Source of the DNA: Gordius albopunctatus
Lineage: Eukaryota
Assembly (NCBI GenBank): GCA_964276515.1
Contig: OZ193910.1
Coordinates: 8,804,001 to 8,868,000 of the forward strand
DNA length: 64,000 nt
Direction: 5' to 3'
The position numbers were made by a program, and so were the translations under genes. Shown here one piece after another: positions 1 to 13,928 of this stretch; the first letter of the stretch is position 1; every line of letters begins with the position of its first letter. Below the pieces are notes generated by a model that saw only the letters and a list, made by a program, of their open reading frames with translations, had not been told where the DNA came from and ran no database searches.

Positions 1-485
1 TTAAATTAAAATCAATTTTAACTGTCAAGTTTTAAGCTTTGATAATGGTAGTTAGAAACAAATGAGGCTTTACTGTTTGCAAACATTTAAAATCTATATT
101 ATTACTATATCAAATCGTTATATTAAGTTTTGAACTTGATCTCAAATCATTTACAAAGTAATAACGTAGTCATAAAAATAATTGTTATAAAGGGGTTGAG
201 TAAATATAATTTGATAATTCTAACATTTATAAAGGTATTAACCAGCAAAGTGATTCATTTTCAAAACAATTATATGTAATTTTGTCCTGATCTCATTTTA
301 ATTTACTATTTTATTTATCTTATTTTATCCTTTAGCCTAAGGTCCTCTGCCGTTATCTCATATTGGAAAGTTTTCAGGATGTGATGGTGTCCAAAATTTA
401 GGGTTATCTAAACCCACAGATTTTATACAATGATATTTAAATTAATGGGATGAATATTAAATATTTTATCAATCATTTACGGTTA

Positions 486-1298
486 ATTCGGGCCATTCGT
501 GGCGAGTCACACGTTCAGGGCTCTAAATATACCGCGAGCACATTTGGAAGGTAATTTTTATAGCATTTGCGCATATCAAATCTGTTAAATACGAATTCAT
601 ATCCGTAGAGGCATAGTCCCTTGTAAGGGGGGTGTTGCCACCGAGAAGGGCGCAGAAATTTTACTATGTAGATTTACATGAGGCAAATGCAACAGGTGTT
701 CAAATAGGCGGGAAAAAAATTTTATTTCACACTTTGACCAATGGTAATTTTTTGTATTTATCAGCAGCCAGGAACGGTCAAAAAGGTATAAATACTTAAA
801 AGCCAAATATATCGAAAAAAAGGTCGAATCACACTTTGGCCAATGGTCATTTTTTATTGGTCAGCAGCCAAGAGATGGTTAAAAAGGGTATAAATACATA
901 AGAGCCAAATATAGTTATTTATAAAAAAAGGTCGATTCACACTTTGGCCAATGGTCATTTTTTCCTTTGGTCAGTAACCAGCGGACGGCCAAAAAGTTTA
1001 TATTATTAATGTTATTAACAAGAACAATATATTTTATCAATGTTAGGTTAATAATAAAAAAATAACAAAAAGGAAAAAAGCCCTCACCGAGATTAGAACT
1101 CATATCACAAGCGGTCGCAGTTGTAAGCACGACGAAATATGACGTCATTTGACGTAGGCATATCGGGGCAAAAACGCAACACCCTCGCCGACTCAGCGAA
1201 GAGGGGCTAAAGCAAAAAAAAACGGGATAAAAAAAGTGGGACGTGACAGAACAGTAAACAAATGCAAAGTGAGTCCATAAATTGCATAGCAATTAAAA
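486..1298 (-). mobile_element. Degenerate DINE-1/HINE-like (Helentron-associated) non-autonomous element
   Basis: Same terminus CCATAAATTGCATAGCAATTAAAAA (about 1275-1298) and the same TGGCCAATGG..ATTGGTCAGCAGCC monomers (720-1020) as the 27265-29636 element. The left boundary is uncertain. Confidence 0.55.
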
Positions 1299-1991
1299 AT
1301 AACTTATAGCTGCTGAATTCCTATTAATTTGCAGAATTATTCCTTTTACTTTCACATAAAAGGGAAAATCAAATTCACATTTATAAATTTACCCACCTAT
1401 AATCCATATTTAACTCATAAATTTATCTTATTATTACTAATATTTGGGAATCAAAGACTGACCCAAAGCAATTTTTGGCCAGGTACAGCTAGTTTGTCTT
1501 TAAATCTTATATGCAAAAATATGTTATTGTTGAATGGATTTTATTAGGATTAATTTAAATACGTTATTGTTTAATGAGTTGTATTAGGTTTAATTTTGTA
1601 CATTAAGTACAACTTTCATTACTTGCTTTTATATTCCCTTTTTAAATTTGTTTGGACAAACTTCAATAAGTATAGCATATTTATTTATGTTAAAATAAAT
1701 GACCAGCCCGAATTTCTATAGACCCTTAGTGTATAACTCACAATTGCAATTGAGCTGCGAAATAACTAAAATGGACATGAAAGGATGCGGTCTACTTAAT
1801 GCTAGCTTTAAATCAAATTATTTATTCAACTATTTTATATTAATTTAAAAATATATCATTAGTAATGAGCTCCACAATTTAAAAAATTTAATCATCATAT
1901 AAAATTGACAATGAACAAGATTAACGATAAAATTTACAAATTTGAGAATCTTTATATAAATATGGCACATAATAAGTCACAAATTGATTAA

Positions 1992-4900
1992 TCAATGATT
2001 TAATTTATATGATTTCATGGCTTCGTTATAAGCTTCTTTAGCCTTCAACGCCATATTTTCCCATCTCTAAATTACAAAATAAAACATAACAAATATATTT
2101 TATGTTCAATATTTTTCCCCTATAGCTGTTTGAGACACTTAGGTTCAATATAATCTATTTTATTTTAAATATAATAATATATACATTTTATATTTAGATT
2201 ATTAGGAACATACCCCTTTATCCTTAATTTTTTTCCACTCCTCGCCAGCAATTTTGGTTATTTCCACAACAGATGCATTGTTATCCTTTTTAATACGTTC
2301 TCGATTTTCTTGTAACCATATAAAAAATGCAGATAATGGCCTTTTAGGCATATTTGGATCTTTTCGAGCTTTTTTGTTTTTCTTCGGGTTTTCAGATTTA
2401 TCTCTTTTATTTTTCTCCCCCTTATAAAAAAATTGATGATTAGTTACAAAGCTGATTTAATATTTTTCTACCTTCATTCCCACCTTAACCGTAGATGTTG
2501 TTTTCGCTTTTTTAGATTTTAAAGAATTAGCATGTTCTATTTCTTCTGACTCGGATAAGCTACTCAAAGAAGATGAAATCACTTCATCTACCTTGTCAGC
2601 TTTTTTTTTATCCGCTTTATTCTTCCTTTCATCGTCGTGCGCTTCCTTCTCGCTCTCGGTGGATGACACATTACTTTCGTATCTAAATATGCGAACTTAA
2701 TGTAACATCCATAATTTGAGTCAAAAGCTAGATTATTTTATTAATATCAGAGTCAAAATAAACACAAAATTAAAAATAGCCGAGTAAATTATGGATATTG
2801 AGTGTAGTTGCAAAAATGATGTAAAAGTTTATAGCAAAATATATAAAAAAAAAATCTATGCATACGAACTCATAATGTATTTAAACTTCTAATTTTGTTA
2901 CTAAATGATATTTTGTATTGAACGCATGAGAATTTAATAGTTTAGGGTTACACCTTGAAGGCATAGGGTAAAAAATCGACAAGGGAACATACAATACCGT
3001 TTAAATAACGTATTGATCTTTTAATAAATTATTCTAAAACTACCAAGGGAAAATAAAAATTTCGAAAAATATCTTTTTAGATATAAAAAATAACAAAACA
3101 AATTTAGTTTAGTTTAATATGTTTTAAAACTAATTCTTACATTTAAAACTCGAATAGTAAAATAAAAAAAAGTAATTATCAATGATTTATGAGGACACTT
3201 TTTTACATTATAAATCACATGATCCTTATATCATAATTTCCCGATCAACTAAAACTAACTACCAAGACCAACTCAACAAAAACACACCAAAATCCTCTGG
3301 TCCGTTTTCAAATTTCGACTAAGCCTAGAGTTTGACTAAGAAAAACGTATTAGTTTAGCCGAACACAGGTCTTTTTCCAACACTAGTACACAGTTCAAAA
3401 CACAATCGGCGCCACAACCGAGATCATCACCATATTTCAAAGCGGTTGCATTTTAGTCGACTAAACATGAACAAAACAAAGGTTTTTTGTTGTCTGTTTT
3501 TCAAATTAAGACTAACCAAACAAAACCCCCAGGCATTTTTACAACACCGGTTGCATTAATGGTGAATTAAAGTTACTCTTCGGCAACGTCGTCGTCATCT
3601 TTGCCCGCATCAGGGGCATAATCTTCATCTTCTTCTTCCTCATCATCATCGTCATCGTCACGTTGCATGCCTTCAGCCTTCACCCGACTAAGGTAGGGAT
3701 CCGTGTCATCTCCTTCGTCTTCATCGGAGATAGTTGAACTATTTTTAACCGTTTTACTGTCCTGTGATAATGATTATATATTAAAAAGGGGAAAACATTT
3801 TTTGACAACTTGAATCTCAATACAAAATTACAAAATTTTATCCGAAAATGTTTGCAATATTATTCCAACAAACTTAAGTGAACTGTAAAGTACATTTTTA
3901 AAATTTATTTATTTTGGGGATCATTTCGCTCTATCTGCAAATCCCGTGTGCTACTTCTAGATTTTAATTCGCATAATGTCCCTACAGCTTATTTTAAATT
4001 GTAGTGTGTTTAATTAAGATCAAATAATGAATGGTAAGTAAAAATTATTTATTAAGATTTAATATTTTAAAGTTTTGCGATGAATCGATCGTTTGGTACA
4101 TGTCAAATAGACAATAATGTCTTTTTCGGTCGACCCCCTCAGATTTTAATGAAATTTGGTAAGAATGTAGAAACTATTAATATTATTAAATTCTGAAAGT
4201 TTTAGCTCATTTGGACCACTAATTTACAAGTTGTAGGCGTTATAAGCTACAAAATCGGTCTTTTATAACATCGGTTCATGACGCTAAGTTTGATAAAAAT
4301 TTTTTAATTATTCACCTTGTATATAATCTTAATCCGATGGGAAAAGAACGATTTTTGACCTCAGAACGATCACAACTCAAAAATTTAGTGGTACATTGGC
4401 TAAAACTTTCAGAATTTACTAACATTAATAGTTGCATTTTAACCAAACTTTATAAAAATCTGAAAGGGTTGACATAAAACGTGGTAATATGACACGGAAT
4501 GGCTTTTTATGATAGTTGCAATTAGACACTCCTTATTTGTCATTATTTGGCATCTATGTATTTCATAAAATAGACATCAAATTGTAATGCATGTCAATTA
4601 TTAATCTTCTTTTTTCTATGACTGCTTGTCACCTAGACTGGTGAACAGTCCTTTCAGCATTCGTTTCTATTTGTTTCTATGTTTACATAGATCTTTCTTT
4701 ATCTTGTGGACTTTCATATTATGCCGTATTTTATGAATCCAGGTAAGCTTGGGTCTTCCTCTCCTTCGTTTTTCTGCAAAATTTATCAACTCGATTTTCT
4801 TTCCTACGTAGCTATCGTCCCTTCTTTCGATATGGCCATACCATCTTAGTCTATTTGTTAGGAGCTTTGTCGCAATTGATGTAGTACCCAAAATTCTTCT

Positions 4901-7900
4901 TATTTTTTCTCTTCGCCTATGGTCCTTTTTGCTTACTCCTAGCACCCATCTTAACATTCTCATCTCCATGGCCGCAAGACGTTGTTCTTCTCTTTTACGT
5001 ATAGCCCATGATTCCGAGCTATACAGGACTGTTGGCTGTATGGTGGATTTATACAGTGCGCCTTTTAGTCTGCTCGGGATGTTTTTGTCACACAGAACAC
5101 CTGTCAAGTTCCTCCACTTGAGCCATCCGGAATTTATCCTTGCTTGCATTTCTTTATCCATTCCACCATCCGATTGAAGTGTTGATCCTAAATATTTGAA
5201 GGAATCCACGCTTGTAAGTTGCTAAACGCCTAAAGTAAGGGATGCACTTTGCTGGTTTTCATCTGATTTAAACTTTGTCTTCATGTATTCTGTTTTCTTT
5301 CGATTTACCTTGAGACCACTTTCTTCTATTGCATTTACCCATCTATTTACAGTATTAGCCAATTCTTGTTCACTTTTGGCACAGAGGATTATAAAAAATG
5401 AATAACATTTTTTTTGGCTCAACCCCTATTAAAACACAAATTCTTCTATTCAATCTGCTTATTAATTAGATCATATTCGATATTGATAAACAAAGAATCA
5501 ATTTTCGACCTTGAATTAAAAAATATGTTATATTTTTTCTTCGGCCTTTTTAAGCCTATTGATATAAAAATTTATATTACATAATAAAGATCAAATTATG
5601 ATAGTTAGATATTTAGAATTAATTTTCCATAAACTGCCGAGAGACCAGCCCTTTAATTATTTTTATGTACAAAATTAATATGAAGTTCACAAGTAGTTGT
5701 GTTTCTTAAATATATTAAGTTCACAAAAAATATGATACCAGTTTGCTGCCAATATTTCGTACTAATAGATTTTTCTCCTTGATAAAATCGAATAAGGCTG
5801 TATATTCCTCTCTTGAATAAAAATTAAAGAATTATTTAAAAATTCGCATAAATGTAAGTAACGACAAGCATTATATCAAAACTCACTATATTATTTTTTA
5901 AATAATTAATTGCCAGTCAATATAAATAACACAGGTCTACGAATCTTGACTTTGTGATCCCATCATCGGATAAATAATTAAGATAGAAGAAAGGTGTAAA
6001 AAATGGCCTTTTTAACGACTTTTAAAGTTTTATTTATTTTTTTATCAATAGTTATATAGCATCGATTATACTACAGAGCTAAATTTATTTTTTGTATCAC
6101 TTAATAATGTATTCGTCGTGTTAACCTAACCTCCTTACCTTCATTAAAATTCCTCCCGCTATATCCGATTAAATAGAATACATATTATTTAAGAAATGAT
6201 TACAATTATATTTTAGTCGCTCTCTTCTTTCACTCCTGCCCCATATCTAGCCGAGCACACAAGGTGGGGCCGTGAGTTAAGGAGAGGCAGAAGGAGGAAG
6301 GGAAATGAAATTGTAGTAAACAAGGCGGTCACTTAGAAGAGTCGGTGGGCATATTAGTTCTATAAAAATGGGGCGGGTCGAGTTCGGGCAGAAAAATTTG
6401 AAAATTAGACATCTGAAAAACACTAACCCTAAGGCATGTAGAAACAATTAAATGTTTTTCAGTATAAAAGCACACACCAGTACGGGAAAAAAGGTGGTAT
6501 TTACTTGACGATATTACTGAAGGTGTGGTTAATCCCGGTCTTGGTTTCAATCTCGAAATCAAAGGTGCGCGTGGTTGTGCCCGTACTTCGGGCAAAATTA
6601 ACAGCCCCGATTTCGTCGAAGCGAATATGAATGGGAGGCTTGTGCACGTATATAAAGCCCCGGTCCAGTGGGTAAAGATAGCCGGCCGCTGCTTTGTACG
6701 AACAACTTATACAGCTTCCCCCAGAGTGACTGTCATAATATATTACGATATTTTAATGATAACATACAAGTTATTTTTTGTCCAACCGTTTAAGGTGAAT
6801 ATTTTATATTTGGTGGAAAGCGTGGGAAATCTTGGCTTAAAAATTAACGCAGAATTTCGATATAGCCCTAGAGACGCGCATTGGTTTTTTGACCATCTTG
6901 ATCAAACTAACTACCAATGGTTATATAAAATTTCTAAACCACATCCATTTTATAATAATACTTATTAAGAAATACACCCAATGTAAAAAAACATTACGTT
7001 TATATTGTTAGCTTTAGTATTTTACTAATCTTATTTGGACTAATTTCCAAAAAAAAGTCTTAGTATTCATATTTTCAATAGTATACTTAAAAAGGGTTAT
7101 TTTTCAATAAACATATTTCCAAATTGGTTTAAAGTAGAGAAGGGCAAATAAAGCAGATACCTACGATTTAAACTTTCTAATAACTTTACATAACTGTTGA
7201 AATTATTATATGGTAACATATGACTCAAAACTTATTGATTATTTATAATAATAACACTTTTTAATTTCATAATATAGGATAAATGTATTTTTATGTTGAA
7301 AAACATTTTTAGTATAAACATTTAAGCATTCTGTTCATGTAAAAGAAGCTTTCTTGATTAAATGTATCAAACTTATGAAACATTAATATTATAATGAGTG
7401 GTATTAATCAACCTATAATATAAATTAATAAATTACCTAGTAAAATTTCCAGGCAAAGTAATTTTGTTCCCTGATAATGACTTTATTAATCTACCAAAAA
7501 TTTCAAATGTTTTTCCATCCATTGTTTTAGTCAATTTGCCACCATATTTCTGATGAAGTTCCTCCCTAAATTTAAAATATAAACACAGTAATTAATATAA
7601 ATATGATATAGGTAAATAAAATTATAATAAATCAAAAATTTACAATTATTTGTCTTGACAGCTAGTATTAAATAGACGTGTGACCCAAAAATTTAAATTA
7701 ACCTTGGAGCATGATTTACTACTATATTAAATACAGTTATGAGGTTGATTATATTATTATTTATCATATAAGATAAATTTAATAATAATAGAGAAAAATA
7801 GTTATTTTAGCCACAAGGCTAGGAATATAAAAATTTATAAAACATACAATTTAAAATATACAATAGTAGTAAGAATAATATAATAATTATCAAGCCTTTT

Positions 7901-10347
7901 TTAAATAGGTTTATGCACAGTTGAATAATAGAGAAGTGATTTTTGATTATATTCCAAAATAAATTTTAAGAGAAAAATAAGGTTATCTTAAGAATAATAT
8001 ACCCATTTTATTAACCATAGTGTTATAATAAATAGGTGCATTCCAAATATTTGTGCTCTTATAGAACTCTTTGGTAAAATTGAAAAAAAAACAGATTTAA
8101 ATTAACAATATATTAGATAAATAAATATGTTTAATCTATTAGTTTGCAAATATATTTTTAAAAAATGTGATCACTTATTTTGAAACATTTTTTAAGGTAA
8201 AATAGACTGTATATGTCTAAATTAAAAAAATGTCAATTGGGCCCACAAAATTAGATTATTAGGTGTTTTAATTAATTATTCTAAAAAGTATTTTGTGTCC
8301 GATTCTTTAAGATTATTCAACTAAGTACATATAACCAACAACATAGTTATGATAAAAAATATTATTTTAGTTTTACTTGATACATTAATTATATTAATAA
8401 ATTTTATCAGTACTAAACATATTGTATTAAACAGGTTCAATCATTGAGTAAACAGTAGTTCTAAGCAGAGTCCTAAAGTCATTTATCTCTAACTCAAGCT
8501 TGATGCAAAATTTCAAGCCAGATATGACTGGATTAGTACTATAAAATCTATACTCAACCCTAATCCTTGTCCAAAATAAAATTTAAACCCAAACCCCCAC
8601 CTTTGACCAATAAGAGATAAAGATATATGTTGAATGAGTTTAAATAAAATTAATAAATTAAGCCTTTATTTATTGATTAATTTGGAAAAACATGATTCCA
8701 TAAATTTGTGTACACCAAAAACCCCCAAGTCAGATTTTGTTTTATAATTCTGAACTCACACCAAGTCTAAACTTAGGGGGACATTAGATTTGCACCAAAC
8801 ACAACTATCAAATGCACAAGTCATAATGCATATTATATGGAATAATAATACCATCTTTTTAATATCATGTGCACTGTAGAACATTTAAAGATATCAAATA
8901 TTTATATAAATAATAATCATTTTAAAAATGCCATAAGTAAAAAAACTAATTAAAGACAAACATTGGAATTACTCTAAATTTATAAAAGTTTACTAAACAA
9001 AGTAATAAAAAATATGAACAAGATAAGGATTAACCTATATATTAAAACAAAAATTTAATTGCATAAAAATGTTTTAAGTCAATACAAATACAACATAACA
9101 TATTTTTTGAAATAATATACTCTGATAAAGTCAGGTTCATGTTTATATCTTCATCTTTGTCAAATAAAAGAATAAGATAAGGATATCTTGTTTGGCCCTG
9201 TTTAATTGGAGGATCTAAACTTATCTAAAAATATATAAAAGAAATAATATAATATAATTCTCACCACTGAGAATATGTGCCTATTATCTTTATGAGGTAA
9301 CATAAATAAACGCAGAATAGTAGCATAAGGTATTTTATAGTCAAATGTTTTTCCATGCAATTGTGCAAATGTTGGATAAAGTTTTATATCATACCTCCCT
9401 CTAATAATTTTGTAATAAGATGTTAAGATTAAATTTTTCTTACCTTGGGGTTAGACAGTGAGCCTCGTAAAATGTTGAAATAGCATCACCAACAGCTTGT
9501 ATAACATTTGCTTTAGCAATTATGTTGTCATGAAAAGTCTAAACTTTATGGCAAAAAATTAGAAAATACTTTAACAGGGTCAGCATCATTATCTGAAGAA
9601 GCAATATAAAATCTCATCTCCATTAAAGATATAGGGGCATCATCATTCTGTTGAAATTCTAAAGCAATTTCATTTTTTCCAGGTGTACAATGTGATATAT
9701 AGTTAAGAGGTAACTCCAAAGATGGCATTTTGCTTGAAGATTCATTATTAGATATGTTGTCAAACATAAGCATTGAGCCTATAGTGTAAAATATAGATAT
9801 TAATATAAGCATAAGTGCTTATAATGACTTGTAATAAGTTAAAAATAAATATAAGTAATAATATTAATATTAACACAATAAAAATTTGGCATTAGCAAGT
9901 AAATTATTAATGAGTCAATAACCATTAAAGTTTGCTTTTCCCCAATTGTACCCCTTGACTGAGAGCACTTGTTCTTTTAAGGTTTTTCCATATCTATCTT
10001 TGAAAAACTGAGATAATTTGTCAAATTCCTACACAAATTTAATTTTATTTAATAAAATGTACATTTTCTGAGAATCCACCAAATCGAAATACTTTATCAT
10101 TTGATGTAGTGAGTTTAATACCCATGCCAGACGCCATTCTAAGCCAAGACATTGATAAAATATCTTGAGATAAAATATTTTCGCTTTTGCCAGTTTTAAA
10201 GTTTTTGAAAATAATGGTATGATCAATGCAATTTAATTTTCCTGCTTGCTAACAGAAATGTATGAAATAAAGCAAAAAAAATACCATAACCCCATGAACC
10301 TCTTCATATATATTATTATATTCTAAAGCATCTTGTGCTTGAACCAT
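1992..10347 (-). CDS. SSRP1: FACT complex subunit SSRP1 (multi-exon, about 12 exons)
   Basis: Spliced translation from ATG 10347: [36 protein letters not shown]..|[95 protein letters not shown] (6507-6733); acidic exons near 3578-3762 and 2488-2683; HMG box [27 protein letters not shown]..; TGA at 1992-1994. GT-AG introns. Confidence 0.95.
4605..5390 (-). mobile_element. RTE LINE 3' fragment in an SSRP1 intron
   Basis: [44 protein letters not shown], the RT C-terminus of the RTE clade; frameshifted. Confidence 0.9.
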
Positions 10348-10644
10348 TTTCAACGCTTTTGTTAAAAATTAGTACAGCTTAAAAAAGAACTATTTGGTTA
10401 TTTTCAAATTTGCATATATGACATAACAGCTAAATCAAAGTGATCGCAGAATAAACAAGGGGCATCACTTCTGTGCAAAATCTAATATGTGCAAAATCTA
10501 ATATGTGCAAAATCCCCGAAATAAATTTTAACGTATTCTCCCGCATTTTATACAAATCCCAGCTGAAATCTTTTCCATTCCTCCGTCTGAAATTTTTAAA
10601 TTTACGAATTCCGTCTGAAATTTTTACATTTACGAATTTTTATA

Positions 10645-12796
10645 ATGCAAGGATATAGCGTACCCAATGCAAGCACTAATGCTGCAAGATATTCCCAGGG
10701 CCTCACTATTAGGGCAGAAAGTAATAGTTAACATGATTTTTTGTATGTTTGGAAATTTTTACAATCTTTATATTATGCTGCTTAGGCCTCCCACGTATAA
10801 TATTACCCAATGCAAGCACTAATGCTGCAAGATATTCCCAGGGCCTCACTATTAGGGCAGAAAGTAATAGATAACATGATTTTTTGTATGTTTGGAAATT
10901 TTTACAATCTTTATATTATGCTGCTTAGGCCTCCCACGTATAATATTACCCAATGCAAGCACTAATGCTGCAAGATATTCCCAGGGCCTCACTATTAGGG
11001 CAGAAAGTAATAGATAACATGATTTTTTGTATGTTTGGAAATTTTTTGTTGCAAATTTTTACAATCTTAATTTTAAAATTTTTCAGGCCAGCTGGACTCT
11101 TCTCTACAGGATGCCTTCCTCCTGTTCGATGCCACAAACCAAATGCGTGAAGATGGTGAAGTTAATAATTTTTAAAGCCTATATAATATTTCATTTGATA
11201 GTGTCATCGCCAGAGTATATCCGTTCTCAAAAGGGAGGCCTGATTTTGTATTATTTTTCATATCTATATATGAAGAGGAGTATAGCCAAAGGCAAGACCT
11301 ATTATGCATGCCGCAGCTCCACCTGTCCTGCTATCGCCACTGAATTTAATGGGCAAGTCGTTGCCAAACGGCAGCACAATCACGAACCTCCTAGGGAAGA
11401 GTATGAGGCCCTGGTGACCAAGTCGAGACTTAAAGAAGCTGTTGTTGCTAATCCTACTGTGAAAATTAGTAGGATTTATCATCAGACTCTAAGTTCTCGA
11501 CTTCGTGAGGTTCGTGACTTGTCTGACTTCCCATTGGCTACTCCCCCATTGAAGGCGGTACGATACACGATGAAGAGGGCTCGGCCTAACAGGCAACCCA
11601 TTCCCTCTGATAGAAGCCGGATCCGTTTGACGGAGGCCCAAACCGTGGCCCCTAATAACGAGCCGTTCCTATTATGGAATGACAATAACGACCTAATCAT
11701 GCTTGGGACACCTTCGCTCCTCAAGGTTTTGTGCCAGGTACCTTCCATTTACATGGATGGTACCTTTAAAGTCTGTCCTACACTCTTTTATCAAGTATAT
11801 ATATCGAATGCCTAATTAATGTATATAATATAGCTTTATACAATTCATGGCTTCTACAAGGATCATATGATTCCTGCCGTGTATGTGTTTATGCCGGATC
11901 GGAAGCGAGAGACGTATTGCAGAGTGTTTGAAAAGTTGAAGGATAAATGTTTGGAATTCAATTTGCAATTGAATCCATCATTTATCCAGATTGATTTTGA
12001 ACGCTCTGCAAAGAGTGCTCTTCGGATCTGCTTTCCAAACGCCGTTATAAAAGGTAATATTAAATATGGCATGTTTAAATCGTATATTCAAGGTTGTCTA
12101 TTCCATTTCTCCAGAGCCTTGTTAAGACGGGTTGACAAGCAGAGTTTAAAAAAAGAATATAATAATAATCTTTTGATAAGAAAATTGGTAAGAAGAGTCG
12201 CAGCCTTTCCATTTTTAAGATATGAAGATGTCTTTTACGTTTATGAAGCATGTCGGGATGATCCTTTTGTCTCCCAACATGCGAAATTACGATCGTTTTT
12301 TAATTACGTTTATAAATCTTGGGTGAACCCCTCTGCCACATTCTCCTATGAAATGTGGCAGAGGTATGAGGCTGTTGGTCCTAGGACCAACAACCACCTT
12401 GAGGGGTATCATAACGGTTTAAAGTCCCTTATTGGGCAGTCGCACCCCGATATATATACTTGTATTTCATTTTTAATGGAAAATAATGAAAAAACCCTGA
12501 TCAATCTTCTACAAATTGATCAGGGTAATACACTATATTCGATTAATAAATGCGTTCGCGGAAAAAATGCACATATACAAACATTACTCGCTTTATATTC
12601 TGATACTTCGCGTTATTATAATGTTTTTGATTACGTTGACAATATCTCGAAATTATTATCTTTTAATTATGATTCGCGGTATTGGAATTTTTTTAATATG
12701 GATATATCGCGTGCGTTTTTCAATAATGACACTTATAATGTCGACGGTTATAATAGGGACACTAGTGACTATACAGACACTAGTGACCCAGAATAA
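10645..12796 (+). CDS. FLYWCH + MULE DDE transposase (spliced)
   Basis: FLYWCH (SQKGG..YYACRSSTCPA..HNH); YMDGTF, FYQ|LYTIHG, IDFE, IK|GCLFHF (CxxH), RTNNHLEGYHN. Short GT-AG introns join the two ORF-track ORFs without a stop. ATG 10645 is inferred from splice phases. Confidence 0.85.
10661..11045 (+). repeat. 143-bp tandem repeat, about 3 copies (intron + exon module)
   Basis: TACCCAATGCAAGCACTAATG.. recurs at 10661, 10804 and 10947. Confidence 0.95.
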
Positions 12797-13489
12797 AATT
12801 TAATAATACTTATGTGTTCGTGATTGCTTCAGCCTTTTTGTAACCTTTTATTAAATACGATATTTCATGGAATTTGAATATTCAATTTAACATTAGGTGA
12901 AATAATTGCAGATTATTTATCTATTAAAAACAGTAAAAAAAAGTTAGTTACCTTAATAAATTTACTAATGATTTAATCTATTACGGTGGCATTAAATACT
13001 CTATTGTACTTTCAAAATCATTGCTCAAAAATCTCGAGCTCTCTAGCTTAACTTGTATAATTATTCAAACTGATTGACCACGATCTTAAAATTACCGCAT
13101 CACAGGATGAGTAACTGCGAAATTCAAATATGCTTTGGTAATATTTACTATTCCATCAGAACTCATTCTAAACCTAAAATATTGTAATATTTAACAATTC
13201 TATGGATAATATGCAATAAATATATAAAATTATTTACATACCCTAAGAGGCAACCATACTTAGGTAAATAATTGCCAAATTTTAAAATTTGTTGCAAAAA
13301 TATATAACATTTACTACATTTATGTATTTTATAATACCAAATATATTTCATACATATTAATTAACACTTAATACCTCAAAAGTAAATCATGCAAATAACA
13401 AAATACTCAATAATTCATTAAAATCTAACGATCAATAAAAGTTGAGATCTCGCCAAAAATATCTCGACCTCTCTTTATTTCTAATATGC

Positions 13490-13928
13490 ATTTCAATATA
13501 TTTCTGATTGTAGTTATATACATCTATAGTAATCAAATATCTAACCTCTCTTTATATAAATTTCTAATTAGCTTTATTATATACACACGAGTATTTTATT
13601 AGGCAATCGATTATAACATAATAGCTTATGTATTTCAATATATTTCTGATTGTAGTTATATACATCTATAGCAATTAAATATCTAACCCTCTTTATATAA
13701 ATTTCTAATTAGCTTTATTATATACACACGAGTATTTTATTAGGCAATCGATTATAACATAATAGCTTATGTATTTCAATATATTTCTGATTGTAGTTAT
13801 ATACATCTATATCAATTAAATATCTAACCCTCTTTATATAAATTTCTAATTAGCTATATTATATATACACGAGTATTTTATTAGGCAATCGATTATAACA
13901 TCATAGCTTATGCATTTCAATATATTTC
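13490..13928 (+). repeat. About 141-bp tandem repeat, 3 copies, in the MULE 3' region
   Basis: ATTTCAATATATTTCT.. recurs at 13490, 13632, 13773 and 13914. Confidence 0.9.

Noticed and set aside
6525..6968. 147-aa plus-strand ORF that looks like a nested gene
   Set aside because: It is the antisense shadow of the SSRP1 exon at 6507-6733.
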